Origin: Minisyncoccota bacterium | Lineage (GTDB): Bacteria; Patescibacteriota; Minisyncoccia; Phycocordibacterales; UBA9973 | Assembly (NCBI GenBank): GCA_031973235.1 | Contig: DALYDM010000010.1 | Span: 2,460 to 19,969 of the forward strand | Length of the DNA: 17,510 nt | Direction of reading: 5' to 3' | In this document: positions 1-5,838 of the stretch, one piece after another | How the letters are laid out: each line of letters starts with the position of its first letter | Numbering within the stretch: position 1 is the stretch's first letter | Position numbers and translations under genes: made by a program | Notes under the pieces: model-generated | Seen by the model: the letters and a program-made list of their open reading frames with translations, nothing else | Told to the model about the DNA's origin: nothing | Database searches by the model: none

Positions 1-131
1 AGCGCTTTTGGTGGATATCCAAATCCAAATTCATCAACACGAATTCCGTTCTTTTTTGCTGCAATATAATGTCCAAACTCATGCACCACCACAAGCACAA
101 GAAGAATTATTATAAAAATGAGTATAGACAT
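1..131 (-). CDS. rseP: N-terminal portion of an M50-family site-2 protease (RseP-like zinc metalloprotease); the gene continues past the left window edge
   Basis: The reverse complement of 1-131 starts at ATG (129-131) and reads MSILIFIIILLVLVVVHEFGHYIAAKKNGIRVDEFGFGYPPKA. This is a hydrophobic N-terminal helix followed by an HExxH zinc motif (HEFGH), as in RseP/M50 peptidases. It lies immediately downstream of frr on the same strand. It is absent from the ORF track only because the window edge truncates it. Confidence 0.6.
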   Translation of the reverse strand, partial: MSILIFIIILLVLVVVHEFGHYIAAKKNGIRVDEFGFGYPPKA

Positions 132-164
132 AAATAATAGTTAGTAGTTTTAGTTGATAGTTTG

Positions 165-704
165 TTAGTTCATTACTTCGTTTTCTTTTTTGTCAAAAAT
201 TGCTTCAAGTGCATTGTTTACTTCATCAACAACCTTTTGAACATCTTCTTTGACTCGAAATTCATTATCCTTTGGCAATTCAAGTTCTTTGATTTCAGAA
301 AGTGCAGACTCTCGTTCTTTTCTGACAGATATTCGAGCGTCCTCCAATTTTTCCTTAAGAAGTTTTACCAACTGAGTTCGTCTTTCACCTGTGAGCATGG
401 GAAAAATCGCTCGAAGACCATCAGAGTCAACAGCAAGTGAAAGTCCAAGATTTGAAGCTGCAATTGCACGCTCAACTTCTTTTACGAGATTTTTATCCCA
501 CGGTGCAATTCTAAGAGTTTTTGGATCTTCGATTACTACAGAAGCAACATTCTTAAGTGGCATCTTTTGTCCATAACTTTCCACCATTACCGAATCAAGA
601 AGCATAGGTGTCGCTCGCCCTGTGTGAACCTGTGAGTACTCTTTGAGAAGCCACTCTTCTACCTTTTTTAATTCTTGTTTAAATTGTGCGATATTGTATG
701 ACAT
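165..704 (-). CDS. frr: ribosome recycling factor
   Basis: The 182-aa ORF aligns end to end with RRF in my recollection of the family (..TGRATPMLLDSVMVESYG..PLKNVASV...TLRIAPWDKNLVKEVERAI..SNLGL...DGLRAIFPMLTGERRTQLVKL..). The track start at 713 is a TTG. The first ATG is 9 nt downstream (704), giving MSYNIAQF..., which I take as the start. Confidence 0.9.
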   Translation of the reverse strand: MSYNIAQFKQELKKVEEWLLKEYSQVHTGRATPMLLDSVMVESYGQKMPLKNVASVVIEDPKTLRIAPWDKNLVKEVERAIAASNLGLSLAVDSDGLRAIFPMLTGERRTQLVKLLKEKLEDARISVRKERESALSEIKELELPKDNEFRVKEDVQKVVDEVNNALEAIFDKKENEVMN

Positions 705-751
705 AACAATCAATAATTTATATGTAGTAATAAGTATATAGCAAACATCAA

Positions 752-1441
752 TTATGTAAAATGCTCAGGGATCATAAGTGCAACATATTCTGAAATCATT
801 TTTTGTGATGATCCTTTGTCTCGAATATATTTTCGTGCATTTGAGAGAATATGGATACAGTGACTTTTCTCTGAAGAATTACTCGCTGAAACATAAGTGA
901 TTAATTTTTCAAAAAATGAATCAAGTGCTCGTCTTGATGATTCTCCTTCCTCATCTTCTAATTCTTTTAGGTATCGAGCAATTATTGCCATCCTACTTGT
1001 TCTACCACCAGATAGAAATTCCTTCATTTCAAGTGTTTCGTTATCATCGATTTTTGATTCAAGTAACGAAAAAGAAATACTTCGAGAAGTAATAGTCGGC
1101 AAAAGTTTATCAAGTCGCGGAGTAACAAAAACAAAATGAGTGTTATGAGAAGGTTCTTCAATTGCTTTCAAAAGTACATTTTGAGCTTCAACAGAAAATG
1201 AATCTGCATATACGATTTCGACATGATGCACATCTTCTCCAGTACGAAGTCTTGATGACTGCGAAAGAGTTCTTCCTTCATCTACACCAAAAAGTGCGAA
1301 TGTCTGAGTAAGAATATGTGTCTGATGTCCAAGTAATCCACGAACATACTGTTCAAGAAACGAAAGAGAGTCACGTGTACCTTCAATGCAATACGCGTGA
1401 TGAAATATTTTCCCAAAATTTGTATCACATGCTTCTTTCAT
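752..1441 (-). CDS. holB: DNA polymerase III clamp-loader delta-prime-like subunit (short, P-loop-less AAA+-like)
   Basis: It contains HHAYCIEG (the HAYLF-type start), VHHVEIVYADSFSVEAQNVLLKAIEEP (sensor-1 / LLKTLEEP box), THFVFVTPRLDKLLPTITSRS (the TIxSRC-type box), and lacks the GxxGxGK Walker A, as delta-prime subunits do. At 229 aa it is shorter than typical HolB. ATG at 1441, stop at 752. Confidence 0.6.
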   Translation of the reverse strand: MKEACDTNFGKIFHHAYCIEGTRDSLSFLEQYVRGLLGHQTHILTQTFALFGVDEGRTLSQSSRLRTGEDVHHVEIVYADSFSVEAQNVLLKAIEEPSHNTHFVFVTPRLDKLLPTITSRSISFSLLESKIDDNETLEMKEFLSGGRTSRMAIIARYLKELEDEEGESSRRALDSFFEKLITYVSASNSSEKSHCIHILSNARKYIRDKGSSQKMISEYVALMIPEHFT

Positions 1442-1450
1442 AACACGAGA

Positions 1451-2464
1451 TTATTTTTTACTGATAATTGCCTTTTTGTATGTTTCCAAATGTTCTAGTG
1501 CAATACCTGTTCCTTTTGCAACACAATAAAGCGCGTCTTCTGCAAGTACTGCCTTCACACCAGTTTTTCTATACACGAGTTCAGGAAGCCCTCTAAGTTG
1601 AGAAGTCCCTCCGGTCATAATTATTCCTTGATCAATTATATCAGATGCAAGCTCTGGTGGAGTTTCTTGCAAAACATCTTTGATTGCTTTAACTATTCCT
1701 CTTAGTTCTTTATCAATCGCACGTACGATTTCATTTGTAGAAATTTGTACTGATCGTGGAAGTCCTTGAATAAAATCTCGTCCTTTAATCGTGATTGTAA
1801 GCTCTTCTTCGAGTGGCACCGCTGCGCCAATTTTTATTTTTACGTATTCAGCTGTTTTGTCACCAATAGCAAGATTGAAAGTCTTTTTAATATAGTCTGC
1901 GATTGCTTGATCAATTTTGTTTCCTGCACACTTTACTGAAGTAGACGCAACAATTCCTCCAAGAGAAATCACCGCAACATCAGTAGTCCCTCCACCAATA
2001 TCTACAATCATGTGTCCCAATGATTCATGAATAGGAATCCCTGCACCGATTGCAGCAAGAATCGGCTCTTTAACCACATATGCGTTCCGTGCACCTGCCT
2101 TGATAGTAGCCTCGATGACCGCCCGTCGTTCTGTTGATGTCACACCAGCGGGTACAGACACCATCACATCAGGCTTGAAGAGATTGAAAGGTCCAAGTGC
2201 TTTTGTAATGAAATAGCGAAGCATCGCTTCAGTGATTCGATAATCAGCGATAACTCCATCTTTAAGTGGTCTATACGCGATAATGCTTTCCGGTGTACGA
2301 CCAATCATTTCTTTTGCATCATTTCCAATTGCAAGGATTTTATTATCCACTTCGGATACCGCCACAACAGATGGCTCATTAAGAACAATCCCTTTGCCAG
2401 GAAAAAAGACAAGCGTATTAGCAGTACCGAGGTCGATACCGATTTTCTTAGAAAAAAGTCCCAT
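1451..2464 (-). CDS. mreB: rod-shape-determining actin homolog MreB
   Basis: The 337-aa ORF begins MGLFSKKIGIDLGTANTLVF and carries the actin-fold phosphate loops (DLGTANT, VDIGGGTTD) plus a C-terminal MreB-like sequence. ATG at 2464, TAA at 1451-1453, 9 nt upstream of the holB start. Confidence 0.92.
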   Translation of the reverse strand: MGLFSKKIGIDLGTANTLVFFPGKGIVLNEPSVVAVSEVDNKILAIGNDAKEMIGRTPESIIAYRPLKDGVIADYRITEAMLRYFITKALGPFNLFKPDVMVSVPAGVTSTERRAVIEATIKAGARNAYVVKEPILAAIGAGIPIHESLGHMIVDIGGGTTDVAVISLGGIVASTSVKCAGNKIDQAIADYIKKTFNLAIGDKTAEYVKIKIGAAVPLEEELTITIKGRDFIQGLPRSVQISTNEIVRAIDKELRGIVKAIKDVLQETPPELASDIIDQGIIMTGGTSQLRGLPELVYRKTGVKAVLAEDALYCVAKGTGIALEHLETYKKAIISKK

Positions 2465-2485
2465 AACAAAGAGATTAGTGGGGTC

Positions 2486-2494
2486 AGTATAACA
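2486..2494 (-). promoter_or_regulatory. candidate extended -10 element (TGtTATACT on the minus strand) for the mreB operon
   Basis: The minus strand reads tgttatact about 22 nt upstream of the mreB ATG. The -35 is weak (ATACCA). It sits in the 102-bp divergent intergenic region 2465-2566. Confidence 0.3.
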
Positions 2495-2505
2495 TATTTT
2501 TCACC

Positions 2506-2534
2506 TTGTGGTATCTAGACAAAATGCTTAAAAT
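2506..2534 (+). promoter_or_regulatory. candidate sigma70-type promoter for the 2567 ORF (TTGTGG-N17-TAAAAT)
   Basis: ttgtgg (2506-2511), a 17-nt spacer, then taaaat (2529-2534), placed 33 nt upstream of the ATG at 2567. Confidence 0.35.
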
Positions 2535-2566
2535 ACTACCCAAAAGAACCTTAAAACCTACTACCC

Positions 2567-3061
2567 ATGCATAAATTCAAAAGGGATATCAAAACCGTAG
2601 AATCTCATACCATCAACACCATTATCGAAAAACTCCTTCTGTATTTACTCGACATTTCGTATTCTATTCATCAATTCAGATATCGACGCACAATTTCATG
2701 TCAACAAATTCCTCGAAATGATCGTCGAATAAATGATGACAAGTATATTTTGGAGCACCAAGAGATTGTGACAAAATCGCAACTTGAAAAGCATCTTAAG
2801 AAAAACAAGAGCACATATCGCTGGTATGTTGTAAGAGAAAAACCTAGAGATTGGTGGATTTTTGATTCACTAAATAACAAATGGCAAAAACTCGACACAG
2901 ATGACGTATTGCAAACTTTTTTAAATTTGTCGTATGTATTAAAAGACAGCACGCACAGTATTTGTTATCCAGTGATGTCATTCTTGCATGCATACACCGT
3001 AGGAAACAGCAAACAAACATTTCGTATTATAAAATTACGAAGCCCCACCTCACACAAATGA
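2567..3061 (+). CDS. hypothetical basic protein (164 aa) with no recognisable domain
   Basis: An ATG-initiated ORF lying between a promoter-like element and a clean intrinsic terminator that overlaps its stop codon. Composition is typical of the surrounding genes. I recognise no motif or TM segment. Confidence 0.45.
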   Translation: MHKFKRDIKTVESHTINTIIEKLLLYLLDISYSIHQFRYRRTISCQQIPRNDRRINDDKYILEHQEIVTKSQLEKHLKKNKSTYRWYVVREKPRDWWIFDSLNNKWQKLDTDDVLQTFLNLSYVLKDSTHSICYPVMSFLHAYTVGNSKQTFRIIKLRSPTSHK

Positions 3062-3074
3062 GGTGGTTTTATTT
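3045..3074 (+). terminator. rho-independent terminator (8-bp stem ccacctca / tgaggtgg, 6-nt loop, T-tract)
   Basis: ccacctca-cacaaa-tgaggtgg followed by ttttatttc. The stop codon of the 2567 ORF is embedded in the 3' arm. Confidence 0.65.
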
Positions 3075-3136
3075 CACAACGCATCCCTGTCACAGTGAAG
3101 ATTCAAAAATCTCGCATATATGCTAGGCTACTATTA

Positions 3137-5080
3137 ATGAAAGTCGTCAAGGTACTCCCACTTGCCAAAGGGGTCACAAAAGAACACCTGACCTACTTTA
3201 CCGCCAAAGAAATTGAAATCGGAGATATTGTAAGTATTCCTGTAAGGAAAAAATACATTTCTGGAATTGTAATTGAATGTGGCGATGCTGAAGTTGAAAA
3301 GGCTGACGTAAAATCAGCAAGTTTTGTTATGAAAAAAATTGACAAGGTAAAGGGACCTTCTTCTCTCCCACCTGCGTTTTTATCTGCCGTAAAAGAAATA
3401 AAAGATTTTCTTGCATCACATACTGGGATTGTATTGTCGTCACTCTTATCCGAAACACTACTCAAAGAACCTTCGCATAAAAAAATTGAATACAAAGAGG
3501 TAGTAGATGATGGAATAATGAGCGAACGACTCATTTTCCAATCTTCGTTTGAAGATCGAATTTCATACTATAAAACTTTTGTCCGAGAATCATTTGCAAA
3601 AAAGCAATCTGTAATAATTTGTCTTCCAACTATTCATGACATCGAACATTACAAAGATGTTCTCAAAAAAGGTATTGAAGACTATACATACATATTTCAC
3701 AGTGATGAACGTGAGACAACACAACTTGAGCACTTAAAGAAACTACGATCTGAAACACACCCAGTACTTCTACTTATTACTCCTGGATATCTTGGAATAC
3801 CGCGAGATGATTTGGGTACACTTATCATCGAGCGAGAAAGTTCGAGTGCATTCAAATCTCTTCGTCGTCCATATGTTGATGCACGAGTATTTGCTGAACT
3901 ATACGCCAAACACGCAAAAATGAAATTCATTCTAGGAGACACACTACTGCGACCTGAAACTCTTCTTCGAAAAGATGCTGGCGAATTGGGAGAAGTCGCG
4001 CCGCCAACATTTCGCATGACTTCTAGTGAAAGAGTGAAGCTCATTGATACACGAAAAGAAAAAACCGAAGCAGGATTCAGACAAACAAAAAAAGTCGAGT
4101 GGCGCGCACTTTCTGATGAGCTCATATCAGAAATAAGAAAAACACTTGAGCACAATGGTCACTGTGCGTTGTTTTCGCTACGCAAAGGCCTTGCTCCACT
4201 TACCGTATGTAATGACTGCGGGACCACTCTTCCATGTCCAAAATGCAACGCACCGCTTGTACTTTATAAAGGAGAAACCCCTGAGACACGAGTGTTTATG
4301 TGCAACAAATGCGGTGAAGAAGCTGATAGTCATATAAACTGCAATGTATGCGGAGGCTGGAACCTTGCACCACTTGGGATTGGCATCGAAAGAGTCATGG
4401 AAGAATTGAAAACACTTTTCCCTGATACACCTCTTTATGTTTTTGATAAAGACACCATCACAACGAGAAAAAAAGGTGATGCGCTTGCAAAGCAATTTTA
4501 CAAAGAAGAACGAGGCATCGCACTTGGAACAGAAGTAATTTTTAATTATCTAAAACACAAAGTCAGACTCACTGCAGTAGTGTCGTTTGATTCTCTTTTT
4601 TCAATTCCTAGTTTTCGTATTAATGAAAAAGCGCTATTTGTACTCTACACACTTCACAACCTTTCAGACTCGGTCACAATGATTCAAACAAAATATCCAG
4701 AGAATGATGTATTAAAAGCATTCATTGGAAGTAATCTACTTGAACTTTATCGAGAAGAATTAAAAATTCGAAAGATTCTAAAATATCCTCCTTGGTCTAC
4801 AATTATCAAACTTTCCGTCTCAGGAAATATTTCTGCAGTAGAAAAAGAGCAAGCACGACTCACGGAAGAGTTCAGAGAATTTGAAGGTGAATATTGTAAT
4901 TCATTTATCAAGCGAATAGGTGACATGTATATGCTCACACTTGTACTTAAGATTCCTCGCCTTGAATGGACACTTCCAAGTATCTCAAAAAAGGGCCGTC
5001 TGAACCCTACACTTTCTCGCCTGCTTTCAAAACAACCTCCCTACATGCGAATTATTGTTGATCCGGATGATGTACTCTAG
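3137..5080 (+). CDS. priA: primosomal protein N' (PriA) homolog with degenerate helicase ATPase motifs
   Basis: The N-terminus (VVKVLPLAKGVTKEHLTYFTAKEIEIGDIVSIPV..GIVIE) matches the PriA 3'-DNA-binding domain. The HSDERETTQLEH..PVLLLITPGYLGIP region parallels the PriA helicase core. Two CxxC pairs (CNDCGTTLPCPKC ... CNKCGEEADSHINCNVC) match the PriA zinc-binding region. The C-terminus (ALGTEVIF.., KYPPWSTIIKLSV) matches the PriA C-terminal domain. The track ORF starts at GTG 3095; I prefer ATG 3137 (MKVVKV...) because it is an ATG and fits homolog N-termini. Confidence 0.8.
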   Translation: MKVVKVLPLAKGVTKEHLTYFTAKEIEIGDIVSIPVRKKYISGIVIECGDAEVEKADVKSASFVMKKIDKVKGPSSLPPAFLSAVKEIKDFLASHTGIVLSSLLSETLLKEPSHKKIEYKEVVDDGIMSERLIFQSSFEDRISYYKTFVRESFAKKQSVIICLPTIHDIEHYKDVLKKGIEDYTYIFHSDERETTQLEHLKKLRSETHPVLLLITPGYLGIPRDDLGTLIIERESSSAFKSLRRPYVDARVFAELYAKHAKMKFILGDTLLRPETLLRKDAGELGEVAPPTFRMTSSERVKLIDTRKEKTEAGFRQTKKVEWRALSDELISEIRKTLEHNGHCALFSLRKGLAPLTVCNDCGTTLPCPKCNAPLVLYKGETPETRVFMCNKCGEEADSHINCNVCGGWNLAPLGIGIERVMEELKTLFPDTPLYVFDKDTITTRKKGDALAKQFYKEERGIALGTEVIFNYLKHKVRLTAVVSFDSLFSIPSFRINEKALFVLYTLHNLSDSVTMIQTKYPENDVLKAFIGSNLLELYREELKIRKILKYPPWSTIIKLSVSGNISAVEKEQARLTEEFREFEGEYCNSFIKRIGDMYMLTLVLKIPRLEWTLPSISKKGRLNPTLSRLLSKQPPYMRIIVDPDDVL

Positions 5081-5156
5081 TTGTCACAGACAGACGCGGA
5101 CTGATTTAATTTGAAGCAAATTATGATTTTTGAATACTTCCACTAAAGAGTAAGTA

Positions 5157-5185
5157 TTGACAAATATCAACATATGTGATAATAT
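5157..5185 (+). promoter_or_regulatory. near-consensus sigma70 promoter TTGACA-N17-(TGa)TAATAT
   Basis: ttgaca (5157-5162), a 17-nt spacer, then taatat (5180-5185) preceded by tg at 5177-5178 (extended -10). It lies 44 nt upstream of the ATG at 5229. The TTG of the -35 is what the ORF track used as a start codon for ORF 5157..5465. Confidence 0.5.
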
Positions 5186-5228
5186 TATTTTAAACAGCTA
5201 CTCATCAACTCAACAAAAAAACTTACAC

Positions 5229-5465
5229 ATGAATCAGAAAGCATTTATTGTTGGAATTCACCGATATTCCTTCCAGGCTGGGAAACCAGCAGAGATCATC
5301 GGCGTAGAGTTCGTCACCCCCGAGAACCTTAGCCCTCGTCCTTGCTACAAACTTCGGTTCGAGGACGGCTATGAAGACTTCCTTCCTATTTCAGAAGCAC
5401 ACAACTTTGAGATCATCTCTGAAGAAGATGTGCGGCTCAGAAAAATTCCCGGAATCGTGCACTAG
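5229..5465 (+). CDS. small hypothetical protein (78 aa), compositionally distinct from its surroundings
   Basis: ATG at 5229 (MNQKAFIVGIHRYSFQAGKPAEIIGVEFVTPENLSPRPCYKLRFEDGYEDFLPISEAHNFEIISEEDVRLRKIPGIVH). It sits downstream of a strong promoter and is followed by a hairpin plus T-tract. The coding region is visibly GC-richer and uses GC-ending codons (ccc ccc gag aac ctt agc cct cgt cct tgc) that the neighbouring genes do not. Confidence 0.5.
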   Translation: MNQKAFIVGIHRYSFQAGKPAEIIGVEFVTPENLSPRPCYKLRFEDGYEDFLPISEAHNFEIISEEDVRLRKIPGIVH

Positions 5466-5493
5466 CACTCCACCCATCATCAAAGCAAAAACT

Positions 5494-5517
5494 CACTGCT
5501 TCGGTCGTGGGTTTTTT
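5494..5517 (+). terminator. possible intrinsic terminator (short stem with UUCG tetraloop plus T6)
   Basis: cac-t-gc ttcg gc-a... More precisely, cactgc/ttcg/gtcgtg gives 5 pairs including one G-U around a ttcg loop, followed by gg tttttt g ttt. The stem is weak. Confidence 0.4.
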
Positions 5518-5763
5518 GTTTATATGAAAGCAAATTTTGTAAATCATTCAAGGCTAAAGTTTGATATAAATACTTTTTGCACCAATAAATCATTCTAAAA
5601 TCGTCTATTAAGGTGAGCATTGCGAAAATAAAAATTCGATAATTCAATTATTTATTGTTGGTATGAAGACAATTTTCGTAGTTCTATATCTCTTTTAATT
5701 TAAACACAGTAAAAAGTTCTAAATCACATAGTGGTTTCAAGTTGTTTAGATGTTACAGGATAT

Positions 5764-5816
5764 TTGACAACTATTCAAAAATGTGTTAGGTTACCACCAT
5801 CACTAGATGTGGTAAC
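5764..5816 (+). promoter_or_regulatory. promoter-like TTGACA-N17-TAGGTT overlapping a 27-bp palindrome GTTACCAC-N11-GTGGTAAC (candidate operator / leader hairpin) upstream of the flotillin-like gene
   Basis: ttgaca at 5764-5769, with a weak -10 (taggtt) at 5787-5792. The perfect 8-bp inverted repeat gttaccac (5790-5797) / gtggtaac (5809-5816) has an inner atc/gat extension and sits about 22 nt upstream of the ATG at 5839. Confidence 0.35.
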
Positions 5817-5838
5817 GGGAAGCAGCGAAACTGTTTGA

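Noticed and set aside
162-576. Plus-strand ORFs of 92 and 61 aa opposite frr
   Set aside because: They are embedded antisense to the confidently identified RRF gene and have phenylalanine/lysine-rich low-complexity products. I rate them spurious.
5157-5228. N-terminal extension of the small ORF (track start at TTG 5157)
   Set aside because: The TTG is the first triplet of a TTGACA -35 box with a perfectly spaced extended -10 downstream. The coding sequence more plausibly starts at ATG 5229, downstream of the predicted TSS.
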